Source of the DNA: Sedimentisphaerales bacterium
GTDB lineage: Bacteria; Planctomycetota; Phycisphaerae; Sedimentisphaerales; SM23-30
Reading direction: 5' to 3'
DNA length: 64,000 nucleotides
NCBI GenBank assembly: GCA_963663965.2
Contig: CAXXFK010000031.1
Coordinates: 64,001 to 128,000 of the forward strand
The notes below the pieces were generated by a model that searched no databases, was not told where the DNA came from, and was given only the letters and a program-made list of their open reading frames with translations. The position numbers and the translations under genes were made by a program. Positions 44,301 through 53,330 of the stretch are shown here, one piece after another; the stretch's first letter is position 1; each line of letters starts with the position of its first letter.

Positions 44301-45179
44301 AACCTTGGACTTCTGATCGATGATGGATTGTACGATGAAATGGATTATGGTTCGATCGCACAAATGTTAAACGCCAACGAAACGACTCTTTGGATTGGTG
44401 AACAAGCCATTACCCGCGTAAATAGCCTGGGAATACCCCGAGTCGAGGTGGTTCGAATAAGAAATCCTTTGGGGGGTCCGTATCTGGTCGCGGAAGAGAA
44501 CCAAGAAGGTGAAACCTTCTGGTTGGCTCGTGGCGCTCAACTGACCGGTGATATGGATCGGCTCAAGCTTTATCTGCAACCCCGGGGTAAGGCGCGTATC
44601 CAACGCTATGGCTATATTAACAATATTGTCAAACCCGGCTACGGCTGTCAATATTCATTGGCTATCCGGGATAATATCCAGTCGGGTAAATGTGAAGTGG
44701 AGGTCGTTAAAACAGGACCATTCATGTTCGCGCCCCGTATTGACTGGAAACAGCCTTTCGATACCGTGAAAGTCAATGGCGAAGACTGGTGTTATTTCGA
44801 TGATCACCTGGTCTATCTGCCTAACAAACCCGGCCGCTATACTGTTGAAGTCCTTGAGACTGGCCGTAAATATCCTTCCCTGGGCCGGACATTCTTAAGC
44901 GTCGAAAGCGCCTTATGGAATGAAACAGAAATGACACTTGAATTGAATACAACCCATCCCCACTGGTGGGAAGGGCCCCTGCCGGGCAATATTCCTTATA
45001 CCGCTCTGGTGTTTGGAAATGAATATCGCCCCATGATGATCGAGGGCGATGGTAGTTTAATTGATTGGAGTCATTATGAAGTGCGTGATAATGATCTGGT
45101 TAAAATGCAAGACAATGGCGCGATATTACAATTGAATCCGGGTATGCTGAAAATCTATTTCCAGAGAAAACAGGATTGA
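41388..45179 (+). CDS. Large secreted multidomain hypothetical protein (possible uncharacterised glycoside hydrolase)
   Basis: Signal peptide, an N-terminal glutamine-amidotransferase/DUF4960-like segment, a Trp-rich central region and beta-sandwich C-terminal regions. A GGAGA RBS precedes ATG 41388. Confidence 0.65.
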   Translation: MSKLSSLLFCLICTLSSYIFADSELVTPTMANSYPVRESLAQFYGAIPISFTQLTEDINNDIDILVWACHSRQLPPESNNPKVIACLRQFIEKGGHLFLVSFAQSYVVDLGLETVAPDRMDFFRYGYNDSSQFGGYFTIGIKGDASHPLFQHLACSEIDENAFLISGSSHINLENCFWTRNPLQQGQSLGNYFRINEKGQVLDQKQVQVLNLWTLGQGKVLGYGNNVLLEDFWFSRDQENLKTFLGNVACFLSDKKNPRIGALPETPSRLHADTYMSPPAFPEVQPHTLHRKLPGLPYIGHWGWHAQIQYQRADRQCVDLTYFKEKMIDEPFRWGANLLEFYAPGMGRNEGYPFIWEDDDPMTKPGEGLSYWGGQWIPGWNNDTVRELFKTAHARDMLVQLFYHPNPVRIPGGTESARETEAYQKFCRFQAREFQNPLLYGWQASHDGVGSEWWGDGQHGEYISQLWLYNPGSYRYSTALLPGSGPYFHGTWMCAFGRTGNINACGFGDQWRYVFHPPLYLSYQADCRSMKPSTGQWGGWANFGGGSTPDWILRQMYDFARDRLYLDSGIWWLGEPAATMKESDRQYVYGCSADPLRCAVTTTLRATGADGYRAKAYQTVSNLPQQYLCDEPFPQDTALIQNNYFRLLRMAGEDKGILQYDPTRLANFQKTGRPIPAEILSDNFFTAMPVDIAIPNKNPDRIAFKIGEVDGSCNEFRVAGGYHRQYECSADTDQFPAQIRYESEPDWPHEIQINFTADIGRYDLQIYTLPNDYTSTMEVEIDGRPAGVYFPGHGDTGKHILPVSLDSARQHQLLFRVQKANTSKQRSDGQAGLAHAFDAVILSRTGQESVIHHFNQPIGHQAVLEEVVYKDPTGAIRQSRTYTVDSDSPVLKMAITNHSLEPTRWLTRMRLPDHDRLIPFPGQTAALWKLQPRQPSIPPLLLIDYSKHPLSIIKEGDDVLIASEKAIESTMNLGLLIDDGLYDEMDYGSIAQMLNANETTLWIGEQAITRVNSLGIPRVEVVRIRNPLGGPYLVAEENQEGETFWLARGAQLTGDMDRLKLYLQPRGKARIQRYGYINNIVKPGYGCQYSLAIRDNIQSGKCEVEVVKTGPFMFAPRIDWKQPFDTVKVNGEDWCYFDDHLVYLPNKPGRYTVEVLETGRKYPSLGRTFLSVESALWNETEMTLELNTTHPHWWEGPLPGNIPYTALVFGNEYRPMMIEGDGSLIDWSHYEVRDNDLVKMQDNGAILQLNPGMLKIYFQRKQD

Positions 45180-45270
45180 TTTCGAGTAATCTGTTCTTTT
45201 CCACGTGTAAAGAGAATTGGAACCAATCCTCTCAGTACTCACTAAATCCATCCTGTCATACTCAATATTA

Positions 45271-46569
45271 TTAACGCTTGTCTTTTGTTGACTCTTTTCT
45301 CTCCATAGTTGTTAAATCCCATTCATTGGTATTAAATGGTGAGCGGGTAAGCGGTCCTGTCGGATAACCACCGACTTCCTTTTCGCTATCAATGATTTTT
45401 CCTTTATCGTCAAGCACCCCTTGGATAATACGTTTGTCTATGGCATCCCGATCCCAAGGCCGTGCCCCGGCCTCTTTTAGAACCTGGCTACGAACCTGAC
45501 CAGACGGCATAACTTGAATCGCATCCGGCCATAACGGTGGCTTTTTCACCTGCTGATACTTCCGTTTTGAATTGATTATTTTAACCTTTTCACCGGCTTG
45601 ATCGACTGCAATATTATCTTTTACGTAGACTTCCAGTGGGCCAAACCAGCCTAGTGATAACAAGGGAATATCTTTCGGGGTACTGGGGCCATATTCAAAT
45701 ACGTTTCCTACCAATGCCAGTTGGCCGGTTTGCCATTCATGCCCTTTCCACTCGCTTTCCGGTGAACCAAAATGAACCGCCCTGCCGCCGGGATTATAGA
45801 TATAATTATTGACAATCACACCACCTGCTCCCGCCTTGAATAGCGGATTTCTTTCAACATTATTTGCATAAAGATTGCCAATTATAGCAATCTCGGTACA
45901 ATTATCATGAATCAGGCTTCCCTTGGAATGTTTGCCTTTGCCATGGGTGGAATTGTCTAATCCCTCGGCAATAATACAATTACTGATCGTTATCCTGTGG
46001 GAAGTATTTTCGCGCCACTCTTCGACGGCATTACCGCTGAAACGCGGTCCGGAAGCGGATAAGTTTTCATCAGTCGCCCAGGTGCAGGTACAATGATCGA
46101 TAATAATATCATGGGAGGTCGTCGTGATCCCATCCGCCTCCCAACCGCTTTTTTTTGCCGCCCCGGCTTCACCTGGACGCACCCGAAGATGCCTGACAAT
46201 AACATCGTGAGCGCTTATTACCATCCCGCCCCGAATCAAAGTAATGCCAGGACTTGGGGCGGTTTGACCGGCTATTGTTAAGAAGGGTTCTTTGATTACC
46301 AGCGAGTGTTTTTGCAGATCAATAATACCTCCCACCTCAAAAACGATGATTCGCGGCCCCTTTGTGGCTACTGCCTCGGCCAAGGATCCCGGACCTTCCG
46401 CATGAAGATTCGTCACCCGAATAATGGCGCCACCACGCCCCCCCACCGTTGAAGCCGCCCAACCCATCGCCCCTTCAAAGGCCTTATCTTGTTCTGCTCT
46501 CAACCGAACTGAAACGCTAAATAAGATGGCTGTAACGCATATCAGGATATATAATAACTTTTTTGTCAT
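45271..46569 (-). CDS. Pectate lyase-like polysaccharide lyase (PL1)
   Basis: AFEGAMGW...GGRGG, GPRIIVFEVGG, TIAGQTAP, IIDHC..TWATDE and RNP; signal peptide. Confidence 0.9.
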   Translation of the reverse strand: MTKKLLYILICVTAILFSVSVRLRAEQDKAFEGAMGWAASTVGGRGGAIIRVTNLHAEGPGSLAEAVATKGPRIIVFEVGGIIDLQKHSLVIKEPFLTIAGQTAPSPGITLIRGGMVISAHDVIVRHLRVRPGEAGAAKKSGWEADGITTTSHDIIIDHCTCTWATDENLSASGPRFSGNAVEEWRENTSHRITISNCIIAEGLDNSTHGKGKHSKGSLIHDNCTEIAIIGNLYANNVERNPLFKAGAGGVIVNNYIYNPGGRAVHFGSPESEWKGHEWQTGQLALVGNVFEYGPSTPKDIPLLSLGWFGPLEVYVKDNIAVDQAGEKVKIINSKRKYQQVKKPPLWPDAIQVMPSGQVRSQVLKEAGARPWDRDAIDKRIIQGVLDDKGKIIDSEKEVGGYPTGPLTRSPFNTNEWDLTTMERKESTKDKR

Positions 46570-46645
46570 AACCGATTCCTTTCATTATGCAAATAGTATG
46601 TAATCCGCGCTTTAATAAGACTTTACTCTTTGGCAACTATCGGAT

Positions 46646-49027
46646 TCATTCCAAATCAAACAACTCTGAAAGACCGCCAGTCTCAGAATCGCCATCTTTA
46701 CTAATTAAGATTCGAAATCGTTTTCCGTTGAATGCCGAAAGGTCAATAAAAATTTCCGGGGCATTATAGGGGATAGCTTCAGCCAATTTCCCTATGGTAC
46801 TGGTCTTATCGTTATCAGCGGAAACCTGCTGCAAATAAAGCGACAGTTTCGCCTCTGGATCTCTGTACCAGTCTCCGGTATTCTTCCAAACCACCTTCGT
46901 TTTCTTTTGGGGGCCGGACAATTTAATGTTGTCAATAAAACACAGATTCTGTTCGGTGATATAATGCCGTGGTAATTTCCACAAATCGGGCATGTCATAG
47001 CGTCCTTGTAAATTATAACGCTGGTCGCCTCCGCAATTGTTGTTTTCTGCCAGCTTCGCATCATATTCAAATTCACGATATAATGGACGAATCAGCTGGG
47101 AACCGACATTGAAAACGATGCGCTTATCCAATAAGTGTCCCCTGGCCGCCCGGTTCATATAACGCCATTGTGACTGAAGTGGCGGAACAGGATCGTAATC
47201 TTTTGACTCTGGTCGTATCGGAGTCGCGTCAAAACAGGTCCAGCCATAGTGACTACCCAGCCAGACTTGAGTGTATCGATGGCCGTTGGAACAAGGCGCC
47301 GATTCGGTTTTGTCCAGTAAGCCGTTATGGTTTACATCCCATTGAGATGGATCTTTTTCCACACCGGTGCCCAGCCAGCGGGCCGGGTGTTGTAAATGAC
47401 GCATGGCACCGGCCAGCATTACGCTAGTCCCCGAACAAGCCGTTATTTGTGTTTTATCATAGGGACGTTCAGACAGCGCCAATTTCAGATTTCCCGGATT
47501 GGCGTCAAAATGATTCCGGTCATAGTCAACTGTCGCTGGAATTCTTTCATCCGGACCAGGGTAATAATAATGATCCAGAATATACTCCAAGGCGTTTCGG
47601 ACTGCCCAATAAGGATGATTCATATCAGCAGATACACAGTATTTGTCTTCAATATGTTTTTCAACCCGCTCGGTAAAACTTTGATAAGTCTTGGTGTCAC
47701 TCAGGTTATACAGTTCCGCATCGTCCGCCAGATAATTCGAACCCGCTAATGCGGTAAGATTTTTGTCAACTCTGTGAGGATAGACATATTTTCGGTATGG
47801 ATTAGTCCATAAATCGATCTCATATTGAGAACTATAGTTTCGTGCGGGTGCATCAGCGTATTCCACCAATCCCAGGTATTGACGGCTGGCTGCATCATTG
47901 CCTGGATCGTAGGTTTGTTTTCTGATGGTTGCATTTGGTGCGCCGGTTAAATCCATGATTTTTTCCGTTTCCGGCCATACTCCCTGATTAAATAACTGTT
48001 CGTAAGCATACGGTCGGGAATAATAATGATAGACCTTGCCAGGATTTTTAATGTTACTTTCAGGTTCGGTCTGGATTTTCATAGTCAGATGACGAAGAAT
48101 ACGCGGTCCTTCGTAAGCCATATCGAGATTTTGAGTAACATTTACCCGATAAATATGATCGGCGCCAGATACGGATACGGGAATCCAGAGTGAGTTACGA
48201 CCGAATGTCATCCCCCGACATTTTTGATTGGAGTCATTGGTCCTGGGTCGGTCAAAATAGAATATTCCCCTGCCGGTGCGGGCTTCTGCCAGATAAATCG
48301 ATTCATAGCCAGCCGTTCCCCAGAGATAACGCCCTTCTTCCAGAGTCATAAAGGCCAGACCTTGTGATAGATACTCGCCAGTATCCGGCATATGCTTAAT
48401 AAATACAAGTTTCTCTTTGCTATCCGGTTTCCATTGATACTGGATGATGCCGCGCAAAACACGAACATTGTGATCTATATAGCCCGACGCGTCAAAACAC
48501 AGGTAGATTTTCTCCTGATCAGTGGCCAGATCCATCACCTCACGCTGTCCGATTCGATACCAGTAATTTGTCAAGTCGATAGAAGTAAAATTCTGTTCAG
48601 TAAAATTACCCCGCCATAATTGCGATCGGACATTTCCACCGGACTTCTCCCAGTTAAGGAAATAGAATATATCCTGACCATTTTCACGGACAAATGACAA
48701 TCCGCGCGGCCCCATCAGTTTGGTTTTGTCTGTATCAGATGGCAATGGATATTGGTCCAGCAATTTCAACTCATCGGTGCCATTATCCAGATTCTGATTA
48801 AGCTGATAGGAAAAAATAATCCCTGAACGATCCAGGACAAAAACCCGGGGCGCCAATGGCGATATATCATCAAAAGCAATTCCTTGAACATCACGGTTTT
48901 TATCCGCAAGCGTATATTTCTTTTCCGTTTGTCCTATGATCGGACCGGTGTGGCCTGAACAAAGGGCCGTTCCTGCCGTTATGAGTAAAAAACATATTCC
49001 CGCATAACATCGAATTGATTTATACAT
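46646..49027 (-). CDS. Secreted beta-propeller plus transglutaminase-like domain protein
   Basis: Signal peptide from ATG 49027 and repeated G(I/L/M)(A/S/T)F blades. Cys-His-Asp triad in TACSGTS / NGHRYTQVW / GWTCFDAT. Confidence 0.8.
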   Translation of the reverse strand: MYKSIRCYAGICFLLITAGTALCSGHTGPIIGQTEKKYTLADKNRDVQGIAFDDISPLAPRVFVLDRSGIIFSYQLNQNLDNGTDELKLLDQYPLPSDTDKTKLMGPRGLSFVRENGQDIFYFLNWEKSGGNVRSQLWRGNFTEQNFTSIDLTNYWYRIGQREVMDLATDQEKIYLCFDASGYIDHNVRVLRGIIQYQWKPDSKEKLVFIKHMPDTGEYLSQGLAFMTLEEGRYLWGTAGYESIYLAEARTGRGIFYFDRPRTNDSNQKCRGMTFGRNSLWIPVSVSGADHIYRVNVTQNLDMAYEGPRILRHLTMKIQTEPESNIKNPGKVYHYYSRPYAYEQLFNQGVWPETEKIMDLTGAPNATIRKQTYDPGNDAASRQYLGLVEYADAPARNYSSQYEIDLWTNPYRKYVYPHRVDKNLTALAGSNYLADDAELYNLSDTKTYQSFTERVEKHIEDKYCVSADMNHPYWAVRNALEYILDHYYYPGPDERIPATVDYDRNHFDANPGNLKLALSERPYDKTQITACSGTSVMLAGAMRHLQHPARWLGTGVEKDPSQWDVNHNGLLDKTESAPCSNGHRYTQVWLGSHYGWTCFDATPIRPESKDYDPVPPLQSQWRYMNRAARGHLLDKRIVFNVGSQLIRPLYREFEYDAKLAENNNCGGDQRYNLQGRYDMPDLWKLPRHYITEQNLCFIDNIKLSGPQKKTKVVWKNTGDWYRDPEAKLSLYLQQVSADNDKTSTIGKLAEAIPYNAPEIFIDLSAFNGKRFRILISKDGDSETGGLSELFDLE

Positions 49028-49055
49028 AATTTCTCCGGATATTGGATTACGAAAA

Positions 49056-52046
49056 TTAATTCTGTATTTTAGGCTCCCAAAGACGGGAACGCGATCCCCG
49101 TGATTTTTTTGTTTCCGTTTGTTTCCCGGTAATATCCTGCGGTAAGCTGCTGACATAACCAGGAAAACCACCGGCAGTGTCTTTTACCTCGACCAGCCAG
49201 GCATCCGGCAATTTTCCCTTGACATATCCCTCATAAAATCCATCCGCGCGTTTAATCATGAATTCCGGATACCACACCAGATCCCGCCAATAAGGTTCAT
49301 CATCATTATAGACATACCAGATTTTTGCCTGAATAATCTTATTGGAAGATTCGATGCTCGCCCGAAAGACGGTACCGGCTTCCTGTGACCGGCCGCCCCA
49401 TTGAAATCTCTCAGGCACCTCTCGATAACTCAGGTCAGAGATTTTTGTTAACGGGCGATTTTCAAAGACATGTGCAATCCACATACGCCAATCGAGAAAA
49501 TGTTTCTCTGACATGGATGCATGCCGGTAATTCGGAATATATTCAATTGTCCAGGCGCCTCCCATCATCTTCTGAATCTGATTGATTCCATACATCTGGT
49601 AACCATCTTCATTCGTGGCTCCCAGATACAGAACCTTCGCATTAATCCAATCTTTCGTATATGCCGGACAAATGGCCCGCCATGGACCATCCAGCATTCC
49701 ATTCCAGTTTGATTCGTTACCCATATAAACCACACCGGCAATTCGATCCGGATCGATGGCAGCAGCCGTATATGCCGAAGTCGCACGCTTGCTGTGACCG
49801 CCGATCACCGCCCTGATTTCGCTTCGCTGAATGTTCAATATATCGGCCATGATATCCAGGGCACGGATGTATGGGATGGCCAGACGAAAATAATTATGAT
49901 CTATCGGATCTTTCGTATTTTGAGCCAATTCCCGCAAAAATCCGATCGATATCTCCTGCCCCTCTGTGTTGTCATATTCTCCAGGTACTGGACAGATCAT
50001 GGTGGGATAACCGGTTAATGCAGCAATGGGTTCGCCGTAATTGCCCAGAAAAGAATCCCGCCAGGGTCCTGTCGCCAGGCCGTCCCAGCTGCGCTGACCA
50101 ACGATGACTACCTTGCCCTTTCGGTTGGGAGCCTGGATTATTTTCGGGTCCGCCGGCAGGAAAATCACGCAGGGATGCCCCCATTTTTTATCATTCAGCT
50201 CCTGGCTGTAAAATTTGACCTCAATACGCCGTAATTTGATTCCGGGATTGGAGTCAGCAGGGATGATTTCATCCCGTTGCACCGTATAATTTAATGGCAG
50301 CAGATTCTTTTGACATCGTTGCCAGAGTTCCTGACAGGTTTCAACATCACGGTCAGGTAAGACTGATTTGGTTTGCGGTTCCTCAACCGGTGCCGTTTTT
50401 CCCTCATTTTCCCGTCTGGTCTTTTCGATCCATTCATCCGTCATTTTATCAAAGGGCACTTTTCGGAGCGATAGAACATCCGCTGATAAATTGTACCCGG
50501 GCAGCCCGGTTTCAGGGTAAAAAGATAATGGATTGGCTCCGATACATACCAGTTTCAAGCTATGGTCACCCGGATCAAAATCAAATAATCCAATCTTCCT
50601 CTCCCGGCGCTGGCCGTAGATATAATCTTCATGTTCATCCTTTCGATAGACGTTGAAGAAGTCCAGAGTCTTATTGATCTTTTCAGGTGGAAGTTGATTA
50701 ACCAGACTGACTCGATAACCTCCGGCAATATGGGATTCTCCCGCCTCTTGGAGTTCTTTTCCATCGATATAAACCTTCCAGATTCCATTGTCTTCGCGCA
50801 GATGCTGGAAGAGAGACATGGAGTATTTTCCTTTTTCATGGATTGTAAAAGGAATTTCGATCCAGCTGCCGATTTTATCGTTCTGTACCCGGAACCAGGG
50901 CTTGGTGTAGGTCGCCCGATTATAAGGATTGACCTGTAATTCAATATTGGCCGAATGTCGGATGCTTTTAACTACTTCCGGCAGATGAAGTACAGTCTCC
51001 GGATTTATCCGGTCCGGATAAGCGGGAAACTCACACCAGGGTTTGGCAATGGTATCCTGATACCAGAACGAGACGGAAGACCAGAAATCGGGACGCGAAC
51101 CAGATGGCGTCACGACTTCACCCTGAGAATCCAGAATGAATCCTCGCCGTTCAAGTTCGAATTTAAGCGACTGGTTAAAAAGTACAGGATCGGCTATATG
51201 CCATCGATATGCGGTCACCCGGGCATCGGGGGCTCGGGGTTCAAACACGGTACAACCCGTATACAGGCTGGAGTGAACCCGCATATTCCAGGCTTCATTG
51301 AAATAGTCTTCGGTTCCTGTTCCTACGATGGAAGGCGTTTTTTCTCCGTCAATATAGAAAAAGTCATCCCCTTCGCCAAACCAGTGACCGATGCCGTTCT
51401 GCGAGGATAACACCGTTCCCACGTAATGGCCTTTCCCTTTGCCAACAAAAACCGTGTATGGCTCTCCATAGATTGGGGGATATTCCTGATGATAACGCGC
51501 GTGAAAATACATGGTCGGATCCGTTGCCTGATCGTATTGAATCCAGTCAATTTGATAATAACTGGCCGCTCGTTCCGTATCCGATTCATTGGACAGCGTA
51601 ATTTTTGCCTCTTTTTTAAAAGGCATCTGCCAGTAACAGTTCAGCCCCCTGCCATATGAACTGACTTTGACCGGTAAAGAATCGACGTTCGCACACATGC
51701 CATTGCCAACGGCAAAAAAATCACCAAGGGGAGTCTCCACGGATGGCACATTCGATCCATCCCAATACATACGTAAAACCATCGCGCGCGGATAGCGAAT
51801 GTTCGGTGAATAGGGAGCCAGCCAGATATGGGTAATTTTACCCGCCCCTTTCAGTTGCGCAATGACTTTCGTTTCACCCGGGGCCAGTTTGATGGAATCT
51901 TCATTGTTAGTCGAATTGCCGCTGGATGTTCGCATCGAACGGCCTGATTGTGGTTTAGAAATCGAATCCAGAGATTGAGAATAACAAATAGTTCCTTCAT
52001 AAATTCCAAGCACGACCAGGCAAAAAAACAGTATTGTTCGCTTCAT
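49056..52046 (-). CDS. Secreted GH172 (DUF2961) plus PqaA-like alpha/beta hydrolase fusion
   Basis: N-terminal GKITHIW, PLGDFF, MPF and WFGEGD...GTGTEDYF. C-terminal GGHSKR, TNED and PNYRH. Confidence 0.8.
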   Translation of the reverse strand: MKRTILFFCLVVLGIYEGTICYSQSLDSISKPQSGRSMRTSSGNSTNNEDSIKLAPGETKVIAQLKGAGKITHIWLAPYSPNIRYPRAMVLRMYWDGSNVPSVETPLGDFFAVGNGMCANVDSLPVKVSSYGRGLNCYWQMPFKKEAKITLSNESDTERAASYYQIDWIQYDQATDPTMYFHARYHQEYPPIYGEPYTVFVGKGKGHYVGTVLSSQNGIGHWFGEGDDFFYIDGEKTPSIVGTGTEDYFNEAWNMRVHSSLYTGCTVFEPRAPDARVTAYRWHIADPVLFNQSLKFELERRGFILDSQGEVVTPSGSRPDFWSSVSFWYQDTIAKPWCEFPAYPDRINPETVLHLPEVVKSIRHSANIELQVNPYNRATYTKPWFRVQNDKIGSWIEIPFTIHEKGKYSMSLFQHLREDNGIWKVYIDGKELQEAGESHIAGGYRVSLVNQLPPEKINKTLDFFNVYRKDEHEDYIYGQRRERKIGLFDFDPGDHSLKLVCIGANPLSFYPETGLPGYNLSADVLSLRKVPFDKMTDEWIEKTRRENEGKTAPVEEPQTKSVLPDRDVETCQELWQRCQKNLLPLNYTVQRDEIIPADSNPGIKLRRIEVKFYSQELNDKKWGHPCVIFLPADPKIIQAPNRKGKVVIVGQRSWDGLATGPWRDSFLGNYGEPIAALTGYPTMICPVPGEYDNTEGQEISIGFLRELAQNTKDPIDHNYFRLAIPYIRALDIMADILNIQRSEIRAVIGGHSKRATSAYTAAAIDPDRIAGVVYMGNESNWNGMLDGPWRAICPAYTKDWINAKVLYLGATNEDGYQMYGINQIQKMMGGAWTIEYIPNYRHASMSEKHFLDWRMWIAHVFENRPLTKISDLSYREVPERFQWGGRSQEAGTVFRASIESSNKIIQAKIWYVYNDDEPYWRDLVWYPEFMIKRADGFYEGYVKGKLPDAWLVEVKDTAGGFPGYVSSLPQDITGKQTETKKSRGSRSRLWEPKIQN

Positions 52047-52221
52047 AACCCCATGCTCCAGTTCTGGTGTTTGTAAATATCATATCACTTAACTGCTTGT
52101 ATTAAAATGAATTACAATATGATTATTTATTAATATTTACATTTTGAGGCTTTACCAGGCTTCGCAAATATTAATATTGCCTTTATCCATTGCTATCCTA
52201 TCATAATAGAAGATGATACAA

Positions 52222-53253
52222 TTACAAATTATTTTTTATAATATCATCTGTAGATCGACGTACGACAAGCTCTGGCTTCAATACTTTCTGGATTTTTTTT
52301 CCAGACCAATCATTTTTTGTTTTTATCAAATCGAGCAGAGATTTTACGCACTCTATCCCCATCTCCTGTTTGGGTTGAGCCACGGTTGTCAGGGTTGGAT
52401 TCATATAAGCCCCAAATTGCAGATCATCATGACCTGCAACCAGAACATCTTTCCCTACAACCAGTCCGCTTTCCTGCAAGGCAAAGATCACCCCCATAGC
52501 AATTCGGTCCGTTGCGCAAAATATCGCTTCAGGGGATTTTTGATCTTTAAGGAAGGCCACAATATTGTCATAACCAAATGCCTGATTATCTACTGTTTCC
52601 CGGCTATTATTTGTGGATATGATCATCGGTTTGAAACCGTGTTTTTTTAATGTGTCAACATAGCCCCCTTTTCGATTTTTTATCGCCAGATTCATATCTG
52701 GATGAACGCTGCCCAGATAGGCTGGGACCCGGCCTGTCGTCAGCAGATGCTCGGTTACCAGCCTGGCGCTGAGGTAATTATCATTGATCACATAGTGGCT
52801 GTCTTTGTTAAGATAACAGTCGAAATTGATAATGGGCAGTCTTTTTTCCAGTAGAGCCCAGTGTTCAAACTGACCTTGCCTGACAACAGGCGCTACGATC
52901 ATTCCGCACACCCTAAGTGACTCATAATTTCTGATTATTTTTGCCTCTTCCTCCAGATCGCCATGCGAACACTGACAGATTAATTGATATCCATTATGGT
53001 GTGCTTCCCTTTCTGCGGCATTGATGATTTCTCCAAAAAAAGAATCAAAATTCTGTGATATGATCATACCAATGGTATAACTTTCATTCCTGACCAGATT
53101 AGTCGCATACAGATTACGAGTATAATTCAACTTCTTACAGGCATTCATAACCTTTTTACGGGTAATATCCGACACATTCATGCCATTCAGCACCTTGGAC
53201 ACCGTATAACGGGAAACCCCCGCCACTTTAGCCACCTGGGTCATTGTCGCCAT
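52222..53253 (-). CDS. LacI family transcriptional regulator
   Basis: TMTQVAKVAGVSRYTVSKVLN HTH, plus GHDD and PTLTTV.QP. Confidence 0.95.
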   Translation of the reverse strand: MATMTQVAKVAGVSRYTVSKVLNGMNVSDITRKKVMNACKKLNYTRNLYATNLVRNESYTIGMIISQNFDSFFGEIINAAEREAHHNGYQLICQCSHGDLEEEAKIIRNYESLRVCGMIVAPVVRQGQFEHWALLEKRLPIINFDCYLNKDSHYVINDNYLSARLVTEHLLTTGRVPAYLGSVHPDMNLAIKNRKGGYVDTLKKHGFKPMIISTNNSRETVDNQAFGYDNIVAFLKDQKSPEAIFCATDRIAMGVIFALQESGLVVGKDVLVAGHDDLQFGAYMNPTLTTVAQPKQEMGIECVKSLLDLIKTKNDWSGKKIQKVLKPELVVRRSTDDIIKNNL

Positions 53254-53330
53254 CGTTATTTTTCTCCTGTAAGCTATACCTTTCCACTCATTCGATATAT
53301 TTTATGACCTCTAAAGCGAACGCTGAATGA

